A stretch of DNA of 64,000 bases from Octopus vulgaris. Taxonomy: Eukaryota. The position numbers were made by a program, and so were the translations under genes. The notes under the pieces are model-generated. The model was not told the origin of the DNA. It made no database searches and saw nothing but the letters and a program-made list of their open reading frames with translations. Each line of letters opens with the position of its first letter. Positions within the stretch are counted from its first letter, which is position 1. Of the stretch, positions 23,619-36,650 are shown piece by piece. The DNA lies in contig OX597816.1 of the NCBI GenBank assembly GCA_951406725.2, forward strand, positions 22,320,001 to 22,384,000, read 5' to 3'.

Positions 23619-23963
23619 TACAGTTCTATATTTAAGAGATGAGGAATTCCGTACATTATTTACATTATTTACATTCGACGGATTTTTTTCTTCATTTTGT
23701 TTGTTGTTATATGCCCTAAAATTCACTCTATAATTGCCCACGGCCATATGGCGTAGAGGTTAAGAGCGCGGGCTAATAATCCCAAGATTCCGAGTTCGAT
23801 TCCGAGCAGTGATCTGAACAACAATAATAATAATAATAACATCAAAAAATAGGAGTGAGAACCCAGTTTCGAAATTTCCCCAAGAAGTCTAGAGAGTATA
23901 TCAGCCGAAACGTATACAACAAACAAGATGGGGACAAATATCCGTCGAATGTAAACAATGTAC
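23619..23963 (+). mobile_element. tRNA-headed SINE family F (23735-23963) preceded by an inverted copy of its own 3' tail (23619-23710)
   Basis: A-box TGGCGTAGAGG and B-box GAGTTCGATTCC. Tail CAGCCGAAACGT...ATCCGTCGAATGTAAACAATGTAC. Homologous to 31104-31349 (-). Confidence 0.85.
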
Positions 23964-23986
23964 TTTTTGAAGATTATCAATAAAAA

Positions 23987-24098
23987 CAATGTTTTTGCAT
24001 CCTCTAAAACTGAGGCTATCCCTGCAAGTGAAACGAACTGGCCTTCTTTGGAGCCAGTGAAAGGAAGGGTGTTCCCACTGCAGGGATTGTCTGTTTTT
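23987..24098 (+). repeat. ~110-bp repeat with an inverted twin at 27748-27857
   Basis: TGTTTTTGCATCCTC...GGCTATCCCTGCAAGT...GGGTGTTCCCACTGCAGGGATTGTCTGTTTTTCT is the near-identical reverse complement of 27748-27857. Confidence 0.9.
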
Positions 24099-24246
24099 CT
24101 CTGGCTCAAAATGATGAAAACAACATTCATCCTAGCTCCGCCATCCTTTAAGGAAAGCAATTGTATCTGATCTGTCGCACACATTGTCAGATTCCGACTA
24201 GTCATGTCTATGGAACGTGAAGACCAACTAAAGTAGACCTCACACA

Positions 24247-24444
24247 GGGTTCCAGCAAGACGGGGCAACTGCCCACACGGCAACAGAAACAATGCAGTTG
24301 CTACGCCAGTGCTTTAGAGAGAGAGTAATCTCGCGTCTCGGCAATGTCAACTGTTATATTGCATCAAAATTTCATGCATTTATTTGTAAAATTAAAGAAG
24401 TTATTAAAAATTGAATCCCCATCTGTGACTTTTGGGACATCCTG
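24247..24444 (+). mobile_element. Tc1/mariner (DD41D/rosa-like) transposase fragment plus right TIR
   Basis: FQQDGATAHTATETMQLLRQCFRERVISRLGNVN. Ends TTTTGGGACATCCTG, the reverse complement of a CAGGRTGTCCCAAAA-type TIR. Confidence 0.85.
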
Positions 24445-24650
24445 TGTTTGTGTGTGTGTGTTTGTCCCCCCACTATCACCATCGCCTGACAATCGATATT
24501 GGTGTGTTTATGTCACTGTAACATCAGCGGTTCGGCAAAAGCGACCGATAGATTAAGTACTTGTCTCTCAAAAAATAAGTCCTTGGGATGATAAAGGCGA
24601 TGCCCTAGCATGACCGCAGTCAAATAACTGAAACAAGTAAAAGAATAAAA
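24445..24650 (+). mobile_element. SINE family A 3' half
   Basis: AGCGGTTCGGCAAAA...TAAAGGCGATGCCCTAGCATGACCGCAGTCAAATAACTGAAACAAGTAAAAGA. Confidence 0.85.
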
Positions 24651-24680
24651 ATATATATACATATATATATAAACACATAA

Positions 24681-24716
<36 letters not shown>

Positions 24717-24848
24717 GGGAGGGCACAATGGAAATAAATATTTTGTTAGAAAACGAAAGAAATTGAACAATTACAATTCTCTTATGATACTAAATAGAAA
24801 CGATTATAACTTTTATTGGTAAACAAGTTTACATATGTACACACCACG

Positions 24849-24900
<52 letters not shown>

Positions 24901-25291
24901 AGTATGTATGTGTGTGTATATATATATGTCTATATAAATATATATGTATGTGTGTGTGTATATATATATATAGACATGTTTATATATATATATATATATA
25001 TACATATTTGCACATGGATATACATAATTATATATGTCTGTGTGAGTGTTTGTACACATATATATTGTACAAATGTGTGTGTGTGCATTTGGCAAAATTC
25101 CTGATCCTAGGGAAACGAATCTTATTATTTGGTCTCGTACCTATCCTATAATTCCTTTATCACTATGTACTTATTAAATTTGATTCGATATATAACAAAA
25201 ACAAACATGGCTACCCACATACGTATGCACATCCGTATGTACGCATGTGCAGTTATGAATATAGTTCCACAGACAAGTATATATGTGTGTA

Positions 25292-25345
<54 letters not shown>

Positions 25346-25726
25346 TTCGATACACACAGTACATATGGTACCGTGAACATTTGCGTACTATTAGTGAGAA
25401 TGACGTTCATGTAATTTTTCTTTATGTGTGGCAATAATGTCAACGGTTATCGACCTATTATTCTGGAGGTATATAAAACTAATAAAGCACAAAATAGCGT
25501 TCCTGATTTCGCTAATAATGTTTTACTGCACATTGAACAATCCATCAATCTGTGCGTTTGTATTACTCCTTCTATATATTTATAATATTCTTTTACTCAC
25601 TACAGCCTTGCAGCTGCGGTCTTTATAGAACGTCTTTCTGATTTCCTCTGTTTGGAGCGTTTCACATCACCACTCCTATATGTGCCTTTGTCCCAGCTGT
25701 ATATGTATGTGTGTACTATGTATGTG

Positions 25727-26150
25727 TGGCCCAGTGGTTAGGGCGGCGGACTTTTAGGTCCTAGGATCGCGGTTTCGATTCCTAGACAGGGCATTGTGAG
25801 TGTTTATTGAGCAAAAATACCTAAAGCTCAACGTGGTTCCAGCAGGGACTGGTGGTGAACCCTGCTGTATTCTTTCACCACAACTTTCTCTCACTCTTTC
25901 TTCTTGTTCCTGTTGTACCTGTATTTCAAAGGGCCAGTCTTGTCACACTGAGTTATGCAGAATCTCCCCAAGAACAACGTTAAATGTACACGTGTCTGTG
26001 AAATGCTCAGCCACTTGCACGTTAATAATTAAGCTACGACGTCACTGGTGCCAAGCTCTATCGGCCTTTGCCTTTCCCTTGGATAACATTGGTGCGTGGA
26101 GAGAGGAGGGTGGTAATCCCATGGTCATTCATGACTGAAGGGGTCACAAC
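25727..26150 (+). mobile_element. SINE family D
   Basis: A-box TGGCCCAGTGG and B-box GTTTCGATTCC. Homologous to 62555-62941 (-). Confidence 0.85.
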
Positions 26151-26161
26151 GCTATGTATGC

Positions 26162-26227
<66 letters not shown>

Positions 26228-26899
26228 TATATATATATATATCATATGTATATGTACGCATGTATGTATATATATATATATATATATATATGAATATATA
26301 TCATATGTATATGTACGGATGTATGTATGTATATATAGATATATATATATCCACATACATGCATATACGCAAATATGTATGTGTCTATTCAGATGTATAT
26401 ATGTATACAATTATTTGTGTATTTGTGAATATATTTTTACGTAAGTACGTTTCATACTTTTACGTTAAAAATGATTCTTTTTACAACAGTTGAGTGCTGT
26501 AGATGTCTATGATTTTATATCGGCCGATACGTACTCCAGAAATCAATATGCAGACCAGAGTGTGTTGTCTATCGGAATTGTGATGTATGCTGCACAAATA
26601 CGGTGGTCTATATTTGTTGCGTTTACCCATCGACCGTTCGCTCACGTCCACAATGAAGCTACAAAGTATTAGTTTGTCTCTTTCACTCCCTTCTTTTCAT
26701 CCATCTAAGCGCATGACCGCATACATACACATGCATACACACACACATATACATACATATAGTCAAGCATGTGTGTGTGTGTGTATGTATATATGTGTGA
26801 GAGTGTGTACGTACGATTGCATGTACGACTAATCATATGCCTGTGTATGTGAGTGTGCTTGTATGTACGTACGTACGTATGTACATTATATATATATAT

Positions 26900-27690
26900 A
26901 ATGGATTTCTTTTATCAAAAATAGAAAGTACAGTCTTCATCTATGCATAAGTTGTTTGTCTTTGATCGATTTGCACATGGCATATATTTCTCCAGTTCTC
27001 AACTTGGTTGTACATGGTGTACAGGTAGCTTTGAAACCTCATACTGCTAGAAGTTACAAATTCTCTGCATTTTCACCAAAACTCTTCTTTGGTTGACCGC
27101 ACTAACTTCACTGGTAGTGTGTGCCAAGGAAGAACAGAGATCAGTGAAGTCAGTTCTCTAATCTGAATGTGTGTCAGGGGCAGACATTTATCGCAAAAAC
27201 TTATCGCAGTCTTTCAGTATTTTACAGGGACAGAGGTCTGCCGCGTAGAAGTGTATATTAGTGGATTGGAAAGTCTAAGAAGCACGAATAGAGAATAAAT
27301 TGTGCAACAAAATCCATCACTGACTTGGTAATTCAACAGCTTCGAGAGCTGATTCTAGTTAATTAACAAGTGACCATCGATGAGGTGGCACGTTCTCTAC
27401 ATATTAGCTATAGTTTTGCATATGAAATCTTCAAAGATATGACTCGTTTCCGAAAATTATGAGCGAGTATGGTATAAATATGACTGAACTTTATAAGGAC
27501 AATCCTGTGGAAATCTGTTACTACTTACTGACTGCTACAACTATGAAGGCGAAGCTGTTGTGGAGAGAAAAGTCACAGAACAGGCCTGTATCCATCACTT
27601 TGAGCCAGAATCCAAAAGACGGAATATCGGTCGGAAAACCCCAGAATCGTTAGCAGAAAAGAAATTCCAGACGACATTTTTCAGAAGAAT
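26900..27690 (+). mobile_element. Degenerate mariner 5' half (second subfamily)
   Basis: KEEQRSVKSVL..SGADIYRK, LPRRSVY*WIGK, VTIDEVARSLHISYSFAYEIFKD, HHFEPESKR. Confidence 0.8.
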
Positions 27691-27747
27691 ACCTGCAATT
27701 TTTTCTTACTCTCGTACATCTATATAAATTTATCTACTTATATACTT

Positions 27748-27857
27748 AGAAAAACAGACAATCCCTGCAGTGGGAACACCCTTCCTTACTTGCTCCAAAG
27801 AAGGCCAGTTCGTTTTACTTGCAGGGATAGCCTCAGTTTTTGAGGATGCAAAAACAC
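27748..27857 (-). repeat. Inverted twin of 23987-24098
   Basis: Direct sequence comparison. Confidence 0.9.
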
Positions 27858-29276
27858 ACACACAGGGTTATATATATATATTTATTTACACATACATGTC
27901 TATATTTTGATATATTACTGCTACCTGATCTCATGCAGTTCGACCTGAATAATAGAATATGTATCTTTAGAATTAAAAACTTGAAGTAGTTATATATCCT
28001 TTTGCTTGCGATAATGTTTAAGAACAAGTGTAGTGTATTCTAATTTCCATTTACTAAAGATGATTTGCATGAACTCCCCCTAATACAATCCTTATAATTA
28101 CCGAAATAAATTACTTCCTTCTTTCTCTGTATAATCTATCTTTATACTTACATGTATATATATATATATACATATATAAAATTCTATGTATGCATATACA
28201 TGCATGCATATTATATAATCAAACATACGTGTGTGTGTTTGATTATATATGTACATATATATGCATTATGTATATAAAGTTATAAATTTTTATATATACA
28301 TATATACGTGATTTTTTGCTCGATGAACACCGTAAACAATCTGCTATACTCTCGAGGCTACTATTAAACATCAGCATTATTAAAAGTACGCAAATTACCA
28401 AATTTCTATAGCTAACCAATTCGGTGCCAAAATAGCATTTTCGAAATAGAATATCAAAGTTTCAAAGAATAAGAAAATATAGACATTTTCCCTTATAACG
28501 GAAGGCGTACGCATTAATGTTTCTTACATTAACTCATGATTGTGTTTATTTTAACTCAAGAACAGCAGAAAAACAATAATATCCATTGTTATTCAAAACT
28601 ACGAAGCCATTAAAAGTAAATTGAGATATATTGTGTATTTTTTTACTGTTTCATTGTCTTCTTGCTATAAACAAAGGAAATTGATTTGAAGAAATTTTAG
28701 ATGTAATGAGCTATATAAAATAGTTTTTCGTCAACGTTTATCAAAAGCTTAAGGAATATTACGTGATATATTCTTGTATTTTAGACTAGACTTGGAGAAA
28801 TGTAACACGAGATGAGTAGATTTTCTCCTTCATTTTTAAACACGGATCAAATAACATCCATTTTGTCATGTAGTGTGTACGCTGTATTCTTACATTTGGC
28901 AGCTATTAACAGAATAATGTCATATAACTTTATATAAGATTTGAAGAACAGAAAAAAAAATAACAGTAAAATATTCAAACAATTTTTTTTTCTTTTGTAA
29001 TCTAACAACGTGACTGTGTGGCATATTTTCGAAGCTAGTGTGACGGAGGAATAAAGAATTAAACGAGGGTGGCGATGTATAATTCTCAATGCAAATTTAC
29101 GAAGCTGGAAATAATTAAGATAAATAATAAAGACTTAAGATAAATCAGCCTTTAAACTACAATATACTAAACCAGTCCAAAATAGCTTATGCCAATCTTG
29201 TTAGAAATTTCAGAATATATATATATATATATATACATATATATACATTAAACGAGAGAGATGCATACATTCATAG

Positions 29277-29355
<79 letters not shown>

Positions 29356-29973
29356 TAACTGTAAGATTATGTCTTCAAACACTTCCAGTTCTAAGAGACC
29401 AAATGAAATGAAATTTGATAAATATATAAAAATGAATTGTCAGCTTTGAGCAAATAATTTGATTTGCAAGTCTAGAAATAAAGTATGTGAACACCAATTA
29501 TTATCCTGAAACTGGAAAAAAATATGTTGAAATTCTAAAGGAAATCAGAGGAGATAAAAGAATTAGCAATGAACGGAATAATGTGGCTGTACGCCTGTGT
29601 CGGTAACCACGTCGCAGTTTTGTGACAAAAGTCACGGCACCTTATTAAATGAAATTTGTATTTAAAGTGAATTTAACTGTTTAATGAGTTACTGAATGAC
29701 TAGAGTGTCTTTTCCATCAATTTGTTGTTTTCATCTCTACGTACCATCTCTGATCAGGGTGACACGTTTAAAATGTTGATCTCCGAAACTGAATAACACA
29801 TGAATCTATAAAATATATTTTGTTTTGATTTGCATTTTTCGGGTTTATCTATGTTATAATTACCTTCTAAAGAACAATTCGATTATGTGGGACAGGATAC
29901 AAAATTTAAGGCTTTAATAGGATCTTTGGTAAATTCAAACTCGAATAGTTTGCTGAATGTTATAATCTTACAC

Positions 29974-30353
29974 TTTACTCTTTTACTTGTTTCAGTCATT
30001 TGACTGTGGCCATCCTAGAGCACCGCCTGTAGTCAAGCAAACCTACCCCAGGTCGTATTCTTTGTAAGCCTAGTACTTATTCTATGGGACTCTTTTGCCG
30101 AACCGCTATGTTATGGGATCGGTATCAAGAGATGTTGGAGGACAGACACAAACATACACACACACACACACATATATATATATGTATATATGACGGGCTT
30201 CTTTCAGTTTCCGTCTACCAAATCCACTCACAAGGCTTTGGTCGGCCCGAGGCTATAGTAGAAGACACTTGACCAAGGTGCCACACAGTGGGACTGAATC
30301 CAGAACCATGTCGTTGGTAAGCAAGCTTTTTACCACACAGCCACATCTGCGCC
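29974..30353 (-). mobile_element. SINE family A
   Basis: Full-length reverse-complement similarity to other family A copies. Confidence 0.9.
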
Positions 30354-31103
30354 TTATCTCTATGAATTGTGTTATAAATGAAGTGTTTCTAGTCTACCAC
30401 TTTAGTTGTTTCTACAAGTTTTATAGTCTTGAAATGTAAACAGAAACATACTGGTAAATTTTGCCTGTAATCTTTTGTATATATTTCTTTTCATGTGTAA
30501 TACTCCAATTACAAAATAAGCGTATTTTCACAGTTACTTCACCAGTTGCTAACGTATCTTTCCAGACATAAGATCTAGATGAATGTAGTACATTATAGCT
30601 ACAGCTTGACAATTTCACATGACCTGCTATTAATGGTAGAAAAATATGTCCAAATGTTTATGCCTTGCCATGTACGAAATTTCTTTCACATTTATCATAC
30701 TTCATATGTTCGAAGTCAAGATATCACCTCATTCATTAGCATACACAACTACCAACTAAAACTTGTATAAGGATAGAAAAGAAATTTGGAATAACGGAAA
30801 AGCCAGGAGTTATGAGGTCATTTGTTTTACTGGAATTATGGTAGCATCTTGCGTGAATCTCATCTTCTAATTAAAGCGACTCATAGAGCAACAACAGCGG
30901 GAGCCCCGTCTTTGCTTTTCGACCTAACGTTTTCAAACTTTCTTAGGTATCACAATGGCTCAAGTTTCTTCTGTTGATTCTTACATAATTTCAGTTGTGA
31001 AATGCTCACATGGTAATCAGAAATAGTATATTTTGAAATTCAGTTTTGAGTTTCTACATATTTAAACAGTTCTTTGCTATGACTAACTCAGACATCTTTA
31101 CGA

Positions 31104-31360
31104 GTACATTAGTTACATTTGACGGATATTTGACTTCGTTTTGTTTGTTATTAAAATAACGTATCGGCTGATATACCCTACAGCATTCATCAGGTGCCTT
31201 GGGGAAATTTCGAACCTGGGTTCTCATTCCTAAGGTAATTTTCGATATTATTATTACTATAAATATTCAGGTCACTGCCTGGAATCGAACTCGGAATCTT
31301 GGGATTATTAGCCAGCGCTCTTATCCCCTACGCCATTTGCCCATGGGCATATGGTGTAGT
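31104..31360 (-). mobile_element. tRNA-headed SINE family F with HHR-like tail and palindromic 5' end
   Basis: Minus strand: tRNA-like head, then GCAC-CTGATGA-A-TGCTG(TAGGGTATAT)CAGCC-GATA-CG-TT. Head palindrome CTACGCCATTTGCCCATGGGCATATGGTGTAG at 31328-31359. Confidence 0.85.
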
Positions 31361-32283
31361 GTCATGATTTTCTTGTTTGAAAAGTATTGCTTATATATAG
31401 AGAGAAATGTTCCCACATTTCCGTAATCACATTTTCAAACTTAAATTTCCTTTTCCTACAACGTACTATTTTTCAGTGCTAATTCTGTATTTGGTTCCAA
31501 ACCAATTCTCCTTGTTTGCAGGCCAGACATATATATAATATATAAACACACGCATGTTTGTATATATACGCATCTATGTATGTGTACCTGTATATATAGA
31601 AGCCTGTAAGTATTATCCGAATTGTGAGTGAGGGAGCATATGCATTTGCTGAAATATGTACATAAGCGATAATTTAGACGTAATATCTAGCTTGATGCAT
31701 GAGAGATGTATGAGAGAAATATCAAATGGCTATAATATGTTAAAATATAATACATAATACTTCACGACGCTATTGTCACTCTTTATAGAAATCCATTAGT
31801 ATTAAAGCCAAAGGGAGAAATGACAACATCACAAAGCTTGAAAATTGAGTGTTTGAATTTACATAATCGCGTAAAAATTGTTTAAATATTTTCGCTTTTT
31901 TTTCCTCATAAGACATTGTTAAATATGACAACATTTAATGGAGTATTTTCTTTTAAAACAATAATGTAATTTATATCTGAATGAAACAGAATAAACGGAC
32001 AGCAGAACAAAACATCCTGTACAATCGCAACCTATTAAGCCGGCAAACTGTCAGATATTTTGAGAATAATTAGCGAACGGAAAATGAATATGAAGGAAGA
32101 ATTGACAACTTGGGTTGTTGAGAAATGTGTTTTACTATAAAAATAGCTTCCCGAACATGACAAACTGGCAGAAACGTAACGGCATCGCATAAAAGGCAAA
32201 GCGAATTTCCTTCCTTCCTTTTTACATTCCGAGTTCAACTGCAGCTCTGACGTCTTTGATTTTCATTCTTTCGGGGTCATTTA

Positions 32284-32444
32284 TGCGCAGGAGTGGCTGT
32301 GTGGTAAGTAGCTTGCTTGCCTACCACATGGTTCTGGGTTCAGTCCCACTGCGTGGCATCTTGGACAAGTGTTTTCTACTAGAGCCTCGGGCCGAATAAA
32401 GCATTCTGAGTGGATTTAGTAGACGGAAACTGAAAGAAGCCCGT

Positions 32445-32486
<42 letters not shown>

Positions 32487-32712
32487 TGTGTGTGTGTGTG
32501 TGTGTGTGCCATCCCAGCAACGCTTGACAACCGATGGTGGTGTGTTTACCTCCTCGTAACTTAGCGGTTCGTCAAACGTCAAAAAAGACCGATAGAATAA
32601 GTACTAGGCTTACAAAGAATAAGTTCTTGGGTCGATTTGCTCGACTAAAGGCGATGCTCCAGCATGGCCGCAGTCAAATGACTGAAACAAGTTAAAGAGT
32701 AAAGTGTAAAAG
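32284..32712 (+). mobile_element. SINE family A
   Basis: Well-preserved full-length copy. Confidence 0.92.
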
Positions 32713-33309
32713 ACAGTATGCACTGATCAATTTAATCGACTTGCTCTTCGCTTCAAAAAATTAATGCTGGTTTTCTGCCTAAAATAGAAAGGGTTGTACA
32801 TATGATGTTTCAAACTTGCTCCAGCTAAACATACATAACTTGAATACAAGTTCTGTGAAATTGCTTCAAACCAAATTAAAATTTAGAAATTTAACGAAAG
32901 CATATTGAAATTTATGTGTGAAGTGGTTTGTGCACTTACGAACATATGAACATATGTTTGTGTTTCTACTATCCGTTCAACTGGGTTCAACTTAACGTAA
33001 ATGTTTATGATCAATTATAAATAAATCGGTTTTAAGACATCGCTCTCTCTAGGGAAGAAATATAATAGAAGGAATAAACAAACTTTATTATCTGATACAC
33101 TATATTCATGACGATAAAATTAGTAATAATTCAAAAATATACAGCCATATAATACATTGATATCTTCATTCGTATGTGCATATTTGCTCCTTTATTTTGC
33201 GTGTCCATGTGTGTGTGTGTATTGATAAGTGTGTATGTATATACATATATACCTGTATATGTGTGTGTATTTATATATATATATGATGACGCTTCATCTT
33301 GAGAGATGA

Positions 33310-33355
<46 letters not shown>

Positions 33356-33719
33356 CGTGTGTATTTACATGTATGATGATGCTTCATCTTGGCAGATGAC
33401 AGCCATCCCATCAACACACATACCACACCCCCATCACACCATACAATCCCTCCGTTGATAAGCTTAAAACCAGCTGCTGACTAACATTTAAAACAGAAGT
33501 AACATATGTTATTCAGGTAACATATATTATTCATATAAAACAGAAATACCAAATATTATTCAAGTTTGTTCCACATTTTTTCCCTTTAGAATCTGATTCT
33601 GAAGGAATATTTTTTGAACTAGTGTATGTCATTTAAGTTCAGATATTTCCTTACAAGTTTTGTGACATATAACACAAGTCTTAAGAGGCGGTTGGGCTTT
33701 ATGATTATTACCTACCTGG

Positions 33720-34260
33720 GCATATCGGGTTTATTTACTGCACTTTTTTATTCGAATGACACGTGGACCATTTACGTGCATCATATGAAAATGCTGGAGA
33801 AATTTCAACAAAATGCCTCCTCAGACTTATCTTGGGAGTCAAATGGGAATGTTTCATTCCAGTCACTGACATTTTGCGCATGGCACGTTGTAGCTCAATT
33901 GAACATGTTATCTTGGCTAAAATGAGATAGGATGGACATGTTCTTAGAATGAAAGAAGAGCGATTGCCAAAGTGTCTTTTTTTAGTGGGTTCAACTCTGG
34001 TAAGCGACAACATAAGCCGAGGAAAAGGTATAAAGATTGTGTGAAGAAAAACCTGAAGAAACTAGATATGAAAAACGTGATTAGGAAACTGATGTTTTAA
34101 ATCGGAACAAGTGGAGAGATGTGCTTAGGACTGATTGTAACATCTAGGCTGGAAAGATGATTCACCACTGAGTTTAAAAAGGCCTGTCGCAAAGGAACAA
34201 TTAGAAGTGAAATCCACAGTGAATATTGGATTGATCGTGTTTCGTTGTCAAAAGCAGGAT
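33720..34260 (+). mobile_element. RTE-clade LINE 3' fragment
   Basis: LFTALFYSNDTWTIYVHHMKMLEKFQQ, LILGVKWE, KMR*DGHVLRMKEERLPKC. Confidence 0.85.
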
Positions 34261-34353
34261 AGGTGAATCGTGTCAAGGAAGTTGAAAATTGAAATGCCCA
34301 GCTAAGTAATAATTCATATTATTATTATCTACCTGGGCATTTTCCTGAATATA

Positions 34354-35040
34354 TTGAGTTGAGGAATAAATCATGAGCGATTTTTTTGGCAAATATTAAA
34401 ATGCACGCAGAAATAAAAAAAAAAAAAACCTATTCGTAAAATGTCTTATATTTAAAAGAAATGTTTTGCTCTACAAGATAGTGTGTTTAACATTTTGAAT
34501 TTTATTGATTTTTTGTGTATTTTCAAATCATTAAAATGGAATGTTAAGTAAAAGTATTTTCGACACCATTTGTTTTTTGCATTTAATCGAAGTGTGAAGG
34601 CTACCGAAGCTGTTTGTGCGTTTTGTGTTACCTATGGAGAAAAGGCAACGTCTCAAAGTACCACCGTTGGGTTTTGCGCTTGAAAAAAGGGATTTGTGAC
34701 CTCAAGGACAGATCATACTCTAGTCGCTGAATTGAGTTGGATCAAGAGTGATTGAATCAATTTCTTCAGGAAAATCCACGTTAAACTACCAGAGAACTGA
34801 CGAAGTAGATGGATTGTGATAAACGAACTGTGGTCAAACACCTTCATTCAATGGACAAGGTTCAAAAGGCTTGGCGTGTGGGTGTCACACACTAAGCGAA
34901 AACAAAAATTAACGCTCCACAATAGGTACCAGTTTGATTGCGCGACATTGCTCAACACATCATCACAAAAAGTGATTTCTTTACAGCATTTTCAATGACA
35001 GCGAAAAGACCATTTTGTGTGTATGGTGGGACTGGGAAGC
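34354..35040 (+). mobile_element. Mariner 5' fragment, related to the 105-465 element
   Basis: KYFRHHLFFAFNRSVKATEAVCAFCVTYGE, KRLGVWVSH (WVPHEL motif), LCVWWDWE. Confidence 0.85.
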
Positions 35041-35044
35041 TATA

Positions 35045-35774
35045 CTGTAAATCCTCGAGTATAATCCGCATTTTTTCCCTAAAATTTAAAGGTCAAAATC
35101 CCTAGTACGTACCATATACGAGGTTAAAAATGAAAAATATTTTCTAAGCAATGTCTGAGTCTATTTGCTGTCCGGCAATGTTTATTCAGACCCATTTTGT
35201 GATGTCGGGCGCGAAAAATACAATTTTTTTTCTAGGCCTTTTACAGGAACTTAGAAGGTTGGGCCTCTAACCAGGCCTTTTGCTGTACTCTTAAAGCCAG
35301 GAACTTTTCAACACCCACCCGTCCACCCGTGTGCATGAGTTGCACTTATAGCGTGTTTCAGAAGTATCTTTATCTTTTAAGTTGAAACTAAAGTTTTATT
35401 CTGTTTTAAATTAAATAAATTTTCATTTCCATGAACCTTGCTTACAGGCACCGTTGCTTATGGATATTCACGTCTCCTTTTTCGCTGAATTTTACTGAGG
35501 TAATATTTTAGGATACAGCCTGAAAGACCATCGAGTATCTCCTCTATCCCTCTCAGTTTCTCTTGTCAGAGTTCTCAACGGCTTACTTTTTATATGACGT
35601 TTAATGAAGTGACCCTTTCTTCCCTTGAAACACAGCGTAACATTCTGGTGAATGGAAGCTCGCTTCGTTTAGAGCAGATTCAACTTTCGTCTAAGGAACC
35701 TCAATTGTTCCTTTTGATATACTATTGCATTTGTTTATTGAAGCTTCATCTCACACAACTACATGCGAGTTGGA

Positions 35775-35780
<6 letters not shown>
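35045..35780. mobile_element. Probable pogo/Tigger-like DNA transposon end inserted at TA into the mariner
   Basis: TA|CTGTAAATCCTCGAGTATAATCCGCATTTTTT resembles pogo-type termini. The right boundary is uncertain and no matching TIR was seen. Confidence 0.45.
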
Positions 35781-35831
<51 letters not shown>

Positions 35832-36255
35832 ATTTTAATAGTTGTTTATTTGTAATATATGTTCCATCTCATCAAAAACCGTTGTTCTCAACGTGAGCTG
35901 TTCACTTGCTGAGTTAATTATTTTGATGTATCTCTCATCTAAAAATATATTGGTTCAAAAACATTTCCAACGGTTGCGTTGTTTTAAATTGGTTCATTAA
36001 TTCTTATGTTCAACTTTGATTGTATTTTTTCAGATTATCATATTTTTTGGTCATGCCGTAAACGTATTTTAATGTAATACTTATAACAATATGAATTTCC
36101 TGTATATCATTTGTAGCGTCTTCTCCGTCTCTAATACGCTCAGCTTGATCACTGCCGTAGTCTCATCCTTCCATTTTCTCATTTCCACTTTCATATTCTT
36201 ATCTTCTCACAATTTCGCCCTCGAAATACCGATGCAAAATAATTTCATCTGACAG

Positions 36256-36650
36256 TTTTACTCTTTTACTTGTTTCAGTCATTTTGACTACGGCCATGCT
36301 GGAGCACCGCCTTTAGTCGAGCAAATCGACCCCGGGACTTATTCTTTGTAAAGCCTTGTACTTATTCTATCAGTTTCTTTTGCCGAACCGCTAAGTTACG
36401 GTGACGTAAACACACCAGCATCGATTGTCAAGCGACGTTGGGAGGACAAACACAGGCACACAAACATATACACACACATACATATATACGACGGGCTTCT
36501 TTCACTTTCCGTCTACCAAATCCTCTCACAAAGCTTTGATCGGCCCGAGGCTATAGTAGAAGGCACTTGTCCAAGCGGCCACGCAGTGGGACTGAACCCG
36601 GAACCATGTGGTTCATAAGCAAGCTACTTACCACACAGCCTCTCAACGCC
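36256..36650 (-). mobile_element. SINE family A
   Basis: Full-length reverse-complement similarity to other family A copies. Confidence 0.92.

Noticed and set aside
23745-23812. tRNA gene
   Set aside because: A/B boxes are present, but there is no proper acceptor stem and the sequence continues into a repeated SINE body. The same applies to the other SINE heads.
24816-26493. YIYI/CVCV-type ORFs here and throughout the window
   Set aside because: Translations of (TA)n and (CA)n microsatellites.
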